From NCBI GenBank assembly GCA_002009975.1, contig MTLP01000009.1, positions 1 through 64,000 on the forward strand: a stretch of DNA of 64,000 bases. The letters are read 5' to 3'. The notes beneath the pieces were generated by a model. That model made no database searches. It saw nothing but the letters and a program-made list of their open reading frames with translations, and was not told the DNA's origin. Positions 1 through 10,109 of this stretch are shown in pieces. This DNA comes from Thermococcus sp. JdFR-02. GTDB lineage: Archaea > Methanobacteriota_B > Thermococci > Thermococcales > Thermococcaceae. Position 1 is the first letter of the stretch. Each line of letters starts with the position of its first letter. A program made the position numbers and the translations under genes.

Positions 1-1554
1 GCTGCTAGGATTGTTGCTGAGACTGTTAGGACTACTTTGGGTCCTAAGGGTATGGATAAGATGCTCGTCGACAGCCTAGGAGACATAGTAATCACAAACG
101 ATGGAGCTACTATTCTTGATAAGATGGATTTACAACATCCAGCTGCTAAAATGATTGTTGAAGTTGCAAAAACACAAGACGAGGAAGCAGGTGACGGAAC
201 AACAACAGCAGTCGTAATTGCAGGTGAATTGTTAAGAAAAGCTGAAGAGCTAATTGATCAAAACATTCACCCAAGCATAATCGTTAAAGGTTACACATTA
301 GCATTGAACAAAGCCCAAGAACTTCTTAAAGAGATGTCCTTAAAGGTCACACCAGACGACGAGGAAGTCTTAACAAAGATTGCAATAACTTCAATAACCG
401 GTAAAAATGCTGAAAGCCATAGAGAACACTTGGCTAAGTTAGCGGTTGAAGCAGTAAAGCAAGTTGCAGAGAAAGCTGGGGATAAGTTCCTCGTTGATAT
501 TGACAACATAAAGATTGAGAAGAAGGAAGGAGAGAGCGTAGAAGAGAGCCAGCTCATTAAGGGTGTCGTTATTGATAAGGAGAGAGTCCACCCAAGAATG
601 CCAAAGAAAGTTGAAAACGCTAAGATTGCATTAATTAACGATGCATTAGAAGTTAAAAAGACTGAAACTGATGCAAAGATAAATATTACTGCTCCAGATC
701 AACTCTATGCCTTCTTAGAGCAAGAGGAGAAGATGCTTAAGGACATGGTTGATCAAATCGTTGCCACTGGTGCAAATGTTCTCTTCGTCCAAAAGGGTAT
801 TGATGATTTGGCTCAGCACTACTTGGCTAAAGCTGGTATTTTGGCTGTTAGGAGAGTTAAGAAGAGCGACATGGAAAAGCTTGCAAAAGCAACAGGGGCA
901 AAGATAGTAACGAATGTAAAAGACCTAACATCAGAGGACTTGGGTTATGCAGAAATCGTTGAGGAAAAGAAGATCGCTGGAGAGAACATGATTTTTGTTG
1001 AGGGTTGTAAGAATCCTAAGGCGGTTACTATTTTGATTAGAGGCGGTACTGAGCATGTTGTTGATGAGGTGGAGAGAGCAATAGAAGACGCAATAAAAGT
1101 CGTTAAAGACGTTATGGAAGATGGAGCAGTTCTTCCAGGTGGCGGTGCAAGCGAGATCGAGCTTAGTATTAAGCTTGATGAGTTTGCAAAGCAAGTTGGT
1201 GGAAAAGAGGCTTTAGCAATTGAAGCCTTCGCAGAAGCATTGAGAATAATCCCAAGAACATTAGCAGAAAACGCTGGATTAGACACAATAGATGTCCTCG
1301 TTAAGGTCATAAGTGAGCACAAGAACAAAGGAAAGTCAATTGGTGTAGATGTCTTTGCTGGTGAGCCAGCTGACATGGTAGAAAGAGGCGTTATTGAGCC
1401 TTTGAGGGTTAAGACACAGGCAATTAAGAGTGCAAGCGAAGCGGCAATGATGATCCTAAGAATCGATGACGTCATTGCGGCAAGTAAACTAAAGAGTGAG
1501 GAGAAGGGCGGTCAAGGAATGCCCGGTATGGGCGGCATGGATATGATGGGTTGA
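1..1554 (+). CDS. thsA: Thermosome (group II chaperonin) subunit, 5'-truncated by window edge; GGM tail suggests alpha/CpkA type
   Basis: GDGTTT motif, TNDGATIL, C-terminal [12 protein letters not shown]; frame open from position 1. Confidence 0.95.
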   Translation, partial: AARIVAETVRTTLGPKGMDKMLVDSLGDIVITNDGATILDKMDLQHPAAKMIVEVAKTQDEEAGDGTTTAVVIAGELLRKAEELIDQNIHPSIIVKGYTLALNKAQELLKEMSLKVTPDDEEVLTKIAITSITGKNAESHREHLAKLAVEAVKQVAEKAGDKFLVDIDNIKIEKKEGESVEESQLIKGVVIDKERVHPRMPKKVENAKIALINDALEVKKTETDAKINITAPDQLYAFLEQEEKMLKDMVDQIVATGANVLFVQKGIDDLAQHYLAKAGILAVRRVKKSDMEKLAKATGAKIVTNVKDLTSEDLGYAEIVEEKKIAGENMIFVEGCKNPKAVTILIRGGTEHVVDEVERAIEDAIKVVKDVMEDGAVLPGGGASEIELSIKLDEFAKQVGGKEALAIEAFAEALRIIPRTLAENAGLDTIDVLVKVISEHKNKGKSIGVDVFAGEPADMVERGVIEPLRVKTQAIKSASEAAMMILRIDDVIAASKLKSEEKGGQGMPGMGGMDMMG

Positions 1555-1647
1555 TGCCTTTCTTTTCTTCCTTTTAACCCTTTAAATCAAAACTCTTTTA
1601 TGTTAAAATTCATAAACTCTTCTAGAAACGTTAAGAGGTGGATTTAA

Positions 1648-2790
1648 ATGAAAGCTGTTAAAGCCACTCTTTTATACGATGGTTTAGGAAATGTGAAAAA
1701 AGATGTCTATGTTGTTTTTGAGAAGGAAATCAAGAAAATCGTAAAGAAAAAGCCAAAAGACGTAGAGATTGTTGCAGAAGGAGTTGTGACACCAGCTTTC
1801 ATTGATGGACACTCCCATATAGGTATGGAAAGATACGGTGAACCTTACCAAGAGGGGGAAGCAAATGAACAAATGGATGCTGTTTTACCATTAGTTGACG
1901 CTTTGTATTCAATTTACATGGATGATAAAGCATTTAAGCACTCAATTGAATTTGGAGTGCTTTACTCATCAATTTTGCCAGGAAGTGGAAACATCATAGG
2001 TGGAAAAGCTGTACTGATTAAGAACTATGAAAGAGATATTGAAGATGCTTTTATGAAATACGTTGGTGTTAAGGCAGCTTTCGGCTATAATCCGAGATCG
2101 ACCAAAGAGTGGAAGGGAACAAGACCCTCAACAAGAATGGGTGCAATCGGAGTTCTTTTAAACTGGCTAATTAAGACACAAAAAGCAATTGCTTTGCTGG
2201 AGAAAGGCAAAAAGGAAAAGGAGGAACTTGAGCCAACAGTTGAAGCTTTAATTCCTGTATTAAAAGGAGAAGAACCTTTAAGGGTTCACGTTCATAAAGA
2301 AGATGATATTGCTGCATTGTTAATGTTAAAGCGTAGGTTTAACCTCAAAATCACGGTTGAACATGCCGCAGATGTTCACTCAAAGGAAACCTTTGAAAAA
2401 ATCAAAAAAGAAGGTGTTCCTGTAGTTTACGGTCCCTTTGATGCTCATCCATATAAGGTTGAACTGAAACACGAGGATTGGAAGAATGCTAAGTATCTAC
2501 TTGAAGTCAAGCCTCTCTTTGGATTAATGAGCGATCACCCAGTTACTTTGCAAGCTAATCTTTATTTACAATTAAGGCACTTTATAAGGCTTGGAATGAG
2601 CAAAGAAGAGGCAATAAAGATTATCACGCATAATAATGCTAAAATCCTTAGAGTAGATGACATTTTAGGAAGCATCGAGAAGGGCAAGTGGGCTTCATTA
2701 GTAGTTTGGAATGGTGACCCATTCCACGTAGAGAATTATCCAACGCATGTATTCGCTGAAGGGGAATTGATTCACGAGGCAGAGTTTTAG
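1648..2790 (+). CDS. Amidohydrolase-family metal-dependent hydrolase
   Basis: PAFIDGHSH, SDHPV and GSIEKGKWASLVVW motifs. Confidence 0.85.
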   Translation: MKAVKATLLYDGLGNVKKDVYVVFEKEIKKIVKKKPKDVEIVAEGVVTPAFIDGHSHIGMERYGEPYQEGEANEQMDAVLPLVDALYSIYMDDKAFKHSIEFGVLYSSILPGSGNIIGGKAVLIKNYERDIEDAFMKYVGVKAAFGYNPRSTKEWKGTRPSTRMGAIGVLLNWLIKTQKAIALLEKGKKEKEELEPTVEALIPVLKGEEPLRVHVHKEDDIAALLMLKRRFNLKITVEHAADVHSKETFEKIKKEGVPVVYGPFDAHPYKVELKHEDWKNAKYLLEVKPLFGLMSDHPVTLQANLYLQLRHFIRLGMSKEEAIKIITHNNAKILRVDDILGSIEKGKWASLVVWNGDPFHVENYPTHVFAEGELIHEAEF

Positions 2791-2806
2791 TTTCCCTTCT
2801 CTTCTC

Positions 2807-2845
2807 GTTCACATTTTGTGAACAGTTTGTTCATGATTTGTGAAC
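2807..2845. repeat. Two tandem 17-bp palindromes GTTCA-N7-TGAAC, 22 bp apart (operator-like)
   Basis: GTTCACATTTTGTGAAC (2807-2823) and GTTCATGATTTGTGAAC (2829-2845). Confidence 0.6.
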
Positions 2846-2852
2846 TTAACTT

Positions 2853-2963
2853 ATGCAACATGCGATTACACTCGACAGGGATTTACTTGAGCTAAGAGAT
2901 GAGAAAAAGGAAGTGGAACTTTTTGAGCATAAGGTTAAAGTTTTGAGGCCTGAGGAGTTTTAG
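2853..2963 (+). pseudogene. C-terminal remnant of a PIN-domain (COG1569-like) toxin
   Basis: Manual translation MQHAITLDRDLLELRDEKKEVELFEHKVKVLRPEEF* resembles the ITxDxDLL...I/LxPxEF end of PIN proteins. Confidence 0.6.
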
Positions 2964-3178
2964 AAATGATTTGGGGTTTTGTGGTTCTTGTGTTTCCAAC
3001 TCAAGAATTCCTACGAGGCTAGAACATGATAAATGTCTTTCTTTGAAAGTCATTGAGATATAGGCCGATGTCACATTTATTTCCCACTGATAGTGTGGAA
3101 GGTGACGAAAGTGTGAATGTGTGATATTCATTTTGTTTTTCTTTTCAAGAAGAGATGTCATAATTCATTTCTCAAACT

Positions 3179-4213
3179 TCAGTATGAAGTTTTGGGTTTT
3201 TGCCTCTGTTGGTGGAGCCAGCTTTTATACTCAGTGTCTTCCTCAAATTTTATTGAGGAGGTTATCTGTAGCTTTGTGAGTTTTGGAGGACTAATTACTA
3301 TATTCGAGAATCCTTTAATTTTCATGGCCTCTTCAAGTATTTTAGTTAGATCGTCAATGGAATTTGCACTTCTTGCTTTTCGTCTTAGCTCTAATAACTG
3401 CTCTAATTGGTCTTGCAAAATCCTTTTAGTGGCTTCATTGCTTAAAAATGGAACCATAACAAGAAAAGCTATCGTTACTGTTAAATAAATCCCTATCATT
3501 TTTAGAGAGAATACATTTATTACTATTAATAGCCACTTGTAAAGAGCATAAATTTCCAATACCGCTCCAAATCCAAGCAGGCCCCACTGAGCCCATTTAT
3601 TTTTTAGAATCTTTCTTAATCTGCTTTCTTCAGAACCCTCTTTGTGTTTTCCTGTTAGATTATATTGGTAGGTAAAAATGTCTTCAACAAAATACGTAGC
3701 AATGTATAAATATATTCCTCCAAAACTATATATTACCAAGAAGATAATAGTAGCCTGTCGAAGTTGCTCATGAACGAAGGCAAATTGCATCAGTATCAGT
3801 ACAACCCCCACTAGATAACTAACAGAAAGCTTCTTGAGAGAATATACCCATTTCAGTTTGTTTAGGTCTTCGATGGCCCTTTCGTATCTGTGCAGGGGTG
3901 ATAGGTTTCCAATAAACAAACGAGTTCGGATTGTATTTAAGATCACGAAGAAAAAGAGTATATAATACAAAATTATTATACCAAGAACATGATTAAGCAC
4001 TTCTAGAAGTTTATTTAGAGTTAAGATCAAAGAAATTAATGGAGCAAATATTGAGATACCCATGATAATATTTCCAAGTATATCTGGACTATGTAACGTG
4101 TTTATTCTTCCAAGCACCTCTAAGATTTGATTATCGATTTTATGTAAGCAGTAAATTTTTTCATATTCAACTCTTATAGAGCTTAAAATGAAATTTTTGT
4201 CTTGATCCTCCAT
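3179..4213 (-). CDS. Hypothetical multi-pass membrane protein
   Basis: 344-aa ORF with about 6 hydrophobic segments; no family recognised. Confidence 0.65.
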   Translation of the reverse strand: MEDQDKNFILSSIRVEYEKIYCLHKIDNQILEVLGRINTLHSPDILGNIIMGISIFAPLISLILTLNKLLEVLNHVLGIIILYYILFFFVILNTIRTRLFIGNLSPLHRYERAIEDLNKLKWVYSLKKLSVSYLVGVVLILMQFAFVHEQLRQATIIFLVIYSFGGIYLYIATYFVEDIFTYQYNLTGKHKEGSEESRLRKILKNKWAQWGLLGFGAVLEIYALYKWLLIVINVFSLKMIGIYLTVTIAFLVMVPFLSNEATKRILQDQLEQLLELRRKARSANSIDDLTKILEEAMKIKGFSNIVISPPKLTKLQITSSIKFEEDTEYKSWLHQQRQKPKTSY

Positions 4214-4272
4214 GTTCTCACAACATTTCTTTCTCCAAACTTTTATAAAGGATTTACGCTTTATAGTTAATT

Positions 4273-5104
4273 ATGTTTAAGCTGACCAGAGAAAGGCTCT
4301 ACTTTGTAACGCTTTTTATACTAATAGCTCTCATAATGTTAGCACTTCACTTAGCTCCTCCATCGCTCCAAGACAAGCTTGTCCTCAACTACCAAAGCTT
4401 CTCCTTCTCAAATTCCGCTGATTGGATTAGGTTATACACGATGCACTTTGTCCACAAGGACTTTTGGCATTTGCTTGGCAACCTCATTACATTTGCTATA
4501 ATATTTCCTCTCATCTACTTCTTAGCTGAAATCGGCGACAGCTTCGACTCTTTCAAGAGGCTTCTAATCTTTGTCTTCATAATTCTGCCCCCCAGTTATT
4601 GCCATCTTAGACTTGCTCGTCATGAGACGCTACAACCTTCGCTATGGTATGGGTTTCTCGGGAATAGATGCCGCTCTCATAGGGGCTGTGCCTTACTTCT
4701 CAGCGAACTTTTTAAAGAAAAAACTCGGTTTCAACATCTCGCCCTTAATTTTCTCAAACTCCTTCATGCTCATTGCGGCCGGGGAGATTGCACTTATCTA
4801 CAGCTTTTTCACTCTTGGAATACCCTTACTCATTGCTGGCATTTTGATGCTTCTTTACTTCATCTCAAGAGTATTCAGGGAATATGATTGGAAATCAAAA
4901 GGAGAAAAAGCTCAAAAGCTTAGAACCTCAGTTAGAAACTTCATCGTGGCACTTTTACTTGTTATGATTGCCGTGATATGAGGAGCTTTTCCAAGAAACT
5001 TAGCTGGAAGGGGAGGAATGATCAACATTTTCATTCATTATCTTGGATTAGTTGGAACGCTCTATGTCTTCCCAATAATTAACGGATACTTCTCTAAAGA
5101 TTAA
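4273..5104 (+). pseudogene. Rhomboid intramembrane serine protease, disrupted by a +1 frameshift and an in-frame stop
   Basis: HKDFWHLLGN in frame 1; GFSG after an extra C in the C6 run 4588-4593; TGA at 4979-4981, then NIFIHYLG to stop at 5102-5104. Confidence 0.85.
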
Positions 5105-6374
5105 GCATGTCTAAAATCTTCTCCTCCCCAAGCGGTAACACCAAAGGTCTAGATAAATGCCTCCTTGCATCAGGTGGGACTTCATAGATTTTCCTCTCTA
5201 GCTTTCTTGGCACTTCAACTGGAATCAAAACTTTGGGCATTTTATGTCCACACTTTTTGCATTTCAAGTAATCTCCTTTGCTTTTCATTGTTCCGCCACA
5301 TTTTGGACACTTGGGCTTTTTGTATTCAATCTTTTTGGCTAAGCTTACAACGTAGAACTTCTCCAAGTTGAGCGTTAGCTCACCTTCAAACTCTTTAACT
5401 CCTCCAGCCGCGATAATCTCATCTCCCTCAATAAGCTCCCTAACATATTTCCTAAACCTCTTGGTTGGCTCGTAAGCGGCAACCCTTAACTCGCCAGTTC
5501 CATCGCTAATTTTGAAGAAAACGTGCCTTCCAACCTCCCAATAGGCTTTAACTACCTTTCCTCTAACAATCACGCTATCAAAGTTTCTCAAATCCTTAAT
5601 TTGCTTAAACTTCAAGTGGTCATCAGTGCTTTGGTTTGTTTTAAAAATTTGGAGGAACTCTATTGGCTCCTCAAAGATTAAGCTTTCAAAAGCAAGCAGG
5701 ACTTTATTTTTGTCAATTCCTCTAATTCCAGCTAAAACTGGATCTTTTCCGCGGGGAGTAATTAAGACGCTTTTCTTCTCCCAATCTACATTGTCATAGG
5801 TGAATGGATAGAACTTTTTATCCATCTCAAAGACGCTTTCAGCTTTAACCTTTCTTTCTTTTCCCCAAAGTTTCCTCTTTCTATATGCTAAAAGCTCATA
5901 AGTAAAGACCTTTAGAGGATGTCCAATAGCCGCTAAAGCTCCTATAATTCCTCTCCCACATTTAAACTTGTGAATTTCAGCGTTTATGTCTTTTGCAACT
6001 TTCTCAGCTTCTCCAATGCTTACATGCTCTCTAATAGCTCTAAATGTGAAATCTTCAAGCTCTTTGGGAATATTACCTTCTAAAAAAGCAATACCTGGAT
6101 TTGTATTCTCATGAGAAAAATCTGCAAGCTCTTTAACTCTTTCCAAAACTAAGGCTTTAATCTTTGGAATATCTTCTTCATCGGCTTCAAAACTCATTGC
6201 AACAGCTCCATTGCCTCTTGTTTTATAGGGGACGTTTGGGTTTAGCCTAATTAATTTTGGCAAATCTATAGGCTCAGCTAATCGAGAGATTTCTTTATAG
6301 AGCAAAGCTCCAAGATAAGTTGTACACATGCCGTTTGGTGAATCGGTGTCGTCAATTCCTATGTGTATTAACAT
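5094..6374 (-). CDS. tiaS: tRNA(Ile2) 2-agmatinylcytidine synthetase
   Basis: [29 protein letters not shown] fold and C-terminal Zn ribbon. Confidence 0.95.
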   Translation of the reverse strand: MLIHIGIDDTDSPNGMCTTYLGALLYKEISRLAEPIDLPKLIRLNPNVPYKTRGNGAVAMSFEADEEDIPKIKALVLERVKELADFSHENTNPGIAFLEGNIPKELEDFTFRAIREHVSIGEAEKVAKDINAEIHKFKCGRGIIGALAAIGHPLKVFTYELLAYRKRKLWGKERKVKAESVFEMDKKFYPFTYDNVDWEKKSVLITPRGKDPVLAGIRGIDKNKVLLAFESLIFEEPIEFLQIFKTNQSTDDHLKFKQIKDLRNFDSVIVRGKVVKAYWEVGRHVFFKISDGTGELRVAAYEPTKRFRKYVRELIEGDEIIAAGGVKEFEGELTLNLEKFYVVSLAKKIEYKKPKCPKCGGTMKSKGDYLKCKKCGHKMPKVLIPVEVPRKLERKIYEVPPDARRHLSRPLVLPLGEEKILDMLNL

Positions 6375-6406
6375 CGTTAAAGAAGAGAGAAAGAGTAGTT
6401 AAAAGC

Positions 6407-6949
6407 TTAACCTTTCCACTCCTCTTTAAAAATCTCATAGCAAAGCAAATCTGTATATCCATCAGGGGTATAAATGTGCTTTTTCCATCTCCCAACTAAT
6501 TTGAAGCCGTTCTTTTCTAAAACTTTCTGTGAAGCTATGTTAAATCCATAGACATGAGCATAAACCTTCCTTAAATTAAGCCATTTGAAGCAATACTCCA
6601 AAGCCAGTTTAACAGCTTCACTCATGTAACCCCTGCCCCAGAACTCCTTTCCTAAGAAATAACCAATTTCAGCATGTTCATTTTTATGATCGATTCTGTG
6701 AATTCCTATGACACCCACAATACTCTCACTTTTGTTTTCAATGATAGCAAAAACTCTATTTTTATCCTTGTTTTTTCTTAAGCGTTCATACCATTCGAGT
6801 TCATCTTCAAAGAAAAAGATGTTATCTGGATTTGCCAGATATCTCCTAACTTCTCTATTATTAATCCAAAGCCACAATTTTTGAATATCTTCTTTCAAAA
6901 TTAAGCCTAGTGAAACTTTTTCACCTTTCACAATTATTGGTCTTTCCAT
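6407..6949 (-). CDS. RimJ/RimL-type GNAT N-acetyltransferase
   Basis: AEIGY, FWGRGYMSEA, NIASQKVLEKNGF. Confidence 0.9.
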   Translation of the reverse strand: MERPIIVKGEKVSLGLILKEDIQKLWLWINNREVRRYLANPDNIFFFEDELEWYERLRKNKDKNRVFAIIENKSESIVGVIGIHRIDHKNEHAEIGYFLGKEFWGRGYMSEAVKLALEYCFKWLNLRKVYAHVYGFNIASQKVLEKNGFKLVGRWKKHIYTPDGYTDLLCYEIFKEEWKG

Positions 6950-6991
6950 GTCTACACCTCAACTTTTTAAACTCTTTAAACTTATTTATAA

Positions 6992-7951
6992 ATGATGGAG
7001 AAGGAGAGACTAACTAGGGTTGTCGAAAGCATATTGAGAGGGACAGGATTTAAAGTTGCGAGAATGGAGTTTAAGGGTTCTTGCTTTGACTTAGTTGCAA
7101 GTAGGTTATTCTTATTGCTTTTCATTAAAGTTCTTCAAAACATCGACACTTTCACAAAAGAGCAAGCTGAAGATTTGAAGAGATTATCTAAGTTCTTTCA
7201 AGCTTCACCATTGGTTGTTGGGCTAAGAACTAAGAATGATGAGCTTGAGGAGGGGATTGTATACGAGAGATTTGGCATTTATGCAGTCAATCCTCAAACC
7301 CTCTATGACATTTTGGTTGAAAATGAACTACCAGCAATATTTGCTGAGAGGGGAGGGTATTTTGTAAAGATCAATGGAACGTTATTAAGAAAGTTAAGAG
7401 AACGCTATGGATACAGCATCAACGAATTGGCAGAGCGCTTAGGGGTTTCAAGGAAGAGTGTTCAAAGCTATGAAAGGGGAGAGCAGGCTATAAGCTTAGA
7501 AGTTGCCCTTCGTTTGGAGGAGATTTTTGACGAACCGATAGCAAAGCCTATAGATATCCTACATTCAAAAATTGAAGCCAAACTCGATATTACTCCAGAA
7601 AATGAACTTGAGAGGGAGATAATTACAAGATTAAAGGAGCTTGGAATGGGTGTTGTAAAGATAAGGAAAGCTCCATTTAATGCGATTTCAAGAGAGGATG
7701 AATTTAAGATTTTGACGGGAATTGACCAAAGAAAGACCAATGTTACAGTAAAAAGAGCTCAGATGGTAAGTGAAGTTAGCAAAATCGTAAATAGTGAAGG
7801 AGTTTTCATATTGGAAAAAACTAAAAAAGAAGTTGTTGGAGAAGTTCCTTTAATTCCAAAGGAAATCCTAAGCGAGATTAAAGATGCTGATGAACTAATA
7901 AACATGATTGAGGAATTGAAGAAAGAGATAAAGAGAAAGATCTTTAGCTGA
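6992..7951 (+). CDS. Conserved archaeal HTH (XRE) transcriptional regulator, COG1395-like
   Basis: CFDLVA N-domain plus SINELAERLGVSRKSVQSYERG helix-turn-helix. Confidence 0.85.
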   Translation: MMEKERLTRVVESILRGTGFKVARMEFKGSCFDLVASRLFLLLFIKVLQNIDTFTKEQAEDLKRLSKFFQASPLVVGLRTKNDELEEGIVYERFGIYAVNPQTLYDILVENELPAIFAERGGYFVKINGTLLRKLRERYGYSINELAERLGVSRKSVQSYERGEQAISLEVALRLEEIFDEPIAKPIDILHSKIEAKLDITPENELEREIITRLKELGMGVVKIRKAPFNAISREDEFKILTGIDQRKTNVTVKRAQMVSEVSKIVNSEGVFILEKTKKEVVGEVPLIPKEILSEIKDADELINMIEELKKEIKRKIFS

Positions 7952-7953
7952 GG

Positions 7954-9213
7954 TCAGCCAAAAATTACCTTCTTCCAAATTTCCCTAATCTTCTCTTTGT
8001 ACTTGGCTGGTGAGGCTATTAGAACTACCCATCTTGGGGTTTGTCTTCTCTTTAGTGCATTTGCTAAGGGTGTTACATCTTTGAGGGGCTTTAGTCCATC
8101 GTTAGTTAGGACGTTTATTTCCGTTGCTTTTAATCTTGGTTCACTAAGCATCAAATCGGCTATTGAGAACTCTAAAATTACTTGCCCCTCTTTTACACCA
8201 ACAGCGTCTGCTAAGTTTCTCTCAATTTCTTGCCTCTTCTTTACATCTCTGTAAGCTTTTAGCAGTTCTTTCTTTTCTTCAGAGGTTAGTTCATCGGCAT
8301 TTGCCAAAACAGCTGCTTTAAATAAGTCCCTATACCTTATTCTCTTCACGATTTCACTTGGGTACCCTTCTAAATCTTCAAGCTCAACTAAAACTCTGCA
8401 ATCGGTCATTTTCCAAAAGTCCCATAAGTTTCCTTCTTCTAATGCAAACTCTAAAGCCCTTGTGAGCATCCCCTCTGCAATTTTTACGGTGTGATGGAAA
8501 TAGACTCTTGAATACATCAAGGAACGTGCAACCATCATCCCTTCAACGGCTTCAACACCTTTTTCATCAACAACTAATTCCTCATTATAAACCTTTAAAA
8601 CTTTCAAAAGCCTTTCTATGTCTATTATTCCATGAGCAACCCCTGTGTAATGGGCATCTCTCATTAAATAGTCAATTTGATCCACATCTACATCCCCGTG
8701 GAGCATTTGACCCAGGTAGCGCTTTTTGTATTTACCTAACATCAGCTCAGCAACTTCTCGTGGAGTGTAACCATAATCGTTCAGTATATCCGGAATAAAC
8801 TTTCTTCCCTCAATTTCACCATCTATTATGTCGATGTTTCCCAGAACTATGTTTTGACCCAAATGCATATGATCGTATTCTTTAACGTAGTGTTTGTATA
8901 TTTGCTCAAATGTGTGGGAGAAAGGACCATGTCCAATGTCGTGTAGCAAAGCTCCTATTTGTAAAAGCATTGCCTCATCTTTTTCAAGTTCTATTTCCTG
9001 GGTTAATCTTTTTGCAATGTAGTAAGTACCTAGTGAATGTTCAAATCTGTAATGATTAGCACCAGGGAAGACAAGATACGCTAAACCGAGCTGTCTTATG
9101 TTCCTAAGTCTTTGAAATTCTGGTGTTTTGACTAATTCTAAAATTAATCCTTTAAGCTTCATGCTACCATGAATAGGGTCGTGAATTATTTTTCCATCCA
9201 TACTCCTCACCAA
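7954..9213 (-). CDS. HD-superfamily phosphohydrolase (SAMHD1/dNTPase-like)
   Basis: DPIHG, FQRLRNIRQLG, RFEHSLG, LLHDIGHGPFSH, DYLMRD. Confidence 0.9.
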   Translation of the reverse strand: MVRSMDGKIIHDPIHGSMKLKGLILELVKTPEFQRLRNIRQLGLAYLVFPGANHYRFEHSLGTYYIAKRLTQEIELEKDEAMLLQIGALLHDIGHGPFSHTFEQIYKHYVKEYDHMHLGQNIVLGNIDIIDGEIEGRKFIPDILNDYGYTPREVAELMLGKYKKRYLGQMLHGDVDVDQIDYLMRDAHYTGVAHGIIDIERLLKVLKVYNEELVVDEKGVEAVEGMMVARSLMYSRVYFHHTVKIAEGMLTRALEFALEEGNLWDFWKMTDCRVLVELEDLEGYPSEIVKRIRYRDLFKAAVLANADELTSEEKKELLKAYRDVKKRQEIERNLADAVGVKEGQVILEFSIADLMLSEPRLKATEINVLTNDGLKPLKDVTPLANALKRRQTPRWVVLIASPAKYKEKIREIWKKVIFG

Positions 9214-9470
9214 TGACTAATTAAACAAAGAATTTTAAATAACTTTTGGCATTTTGTCAAATAAGCTTTTGTAGTGTTCAATAAATTTAAAGAAAGTTCG
9301 TCTACTCGTTAACTCAAATTTTATTAAGAAGCCCATCAATTGTCATACATTTTTGGAAGTTAACATTAAGTTCATGATTATTGACTTAAGTTGCATTCTA
9401 TACAAAACTTATCAAAACTGCTTGGCATTTTTAAAGCAATCCTTTATAAATCTTAAACTCTAATAATATA

Positions 9471-9684
9471 TTGCCCCTGCGCGAGGACCCACTTGAATAG
9501 TGAAAGTGGGGGCGATGCGGGGGCAACAGCTCGGCTATAGCGAGGTCCCCCAAGGAGAGTATCCGCGTTACGGAACCCAATGACTTGGGGAAACCCTAGC
9601 CGAGTACAGCTGCCCGCCTGGGTTAGCCCGCTTGAGATTGCCTTAGGCTTCAATGAAGGCGGGTGTTACGGGCGGGCAACATAT
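9471..9684 (+). ncRNA. Three-hairpin box H/ACA pseudouridylation guide RNA (HgcG/Pab40-like)
   Basis: GC-rich island downstream of a TATA box; three stem-loops each followed by ACA (GGGCAACA, CGAGTACA, GGGCAACA) with GA/UGA K-turn or K-loop elements. Confidence 0.85.
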
Positions 9685-9725
9685 GTATTAGAGAAAATTT
9701 TATGAAGTGAACTTTTCTTTCAAGG

Positions 9726-10022
9726 TTGGGTGAGTTGATGATAAAGGAAAGTAAAGAAGGAATCGTTTTGCAAATTATAGTTACTCCAAATGCTAAGGAT
9801 AATTCAATAGAAGGGATAGAACCTTGGAAAAAGCGATTAAAGGTGAAAATTGCAGCTCCGCCTATAGGTGGAAAGGCGAACAAAGAGCTAATTAAGTTCT
9901 TTTCAAAGCTTTTTAAGAGGGATGTGACCATAATAAGAGGTGAAACAAGCAGAGAAAAGGACATTCTAATCAAAAATGCTACAAAAGAGGAGATAGAGAA
10001 AATATTAGGGCTTCACCATTAG
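9726..10022 (+). CDS. DUF167/UPF0235 (YggU) family protein
   Basis: VTPNAK, APPIGGKANKEL, GETSREK. Confidence 0.9.
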   Translation: MGELMIKESKEGIVLQIIVTPNAKDNSIEGIEPWKKRLKVKIAAPPIGGKANKELIKFFSKLFKRDVTIIRGETSREKDILIKNATKEEIEKILGLHH

Positions 10023-10109
10023 GTATATATATCATAACCCATCAAACATCCTTGAAAGGGTATTATTGTTAACATTGAACTAATATTTGGAAATTGCCCT
10101 ACTAAAAAG

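Noticed and set aside
291-1475. Antisense ORFs within the thermosome gene, and similar shadow ORFs throughout the ORF track
   Set aside because: They lie fully opposite well-supported genes, are Ser/Phe/Ile-rich mirror translations and lack RBS or motifs.
9453-9653. 66-aa minus-strand ORF
   Set aside because: Explained by the GC-rich H/ACA RNA on the plus strand.
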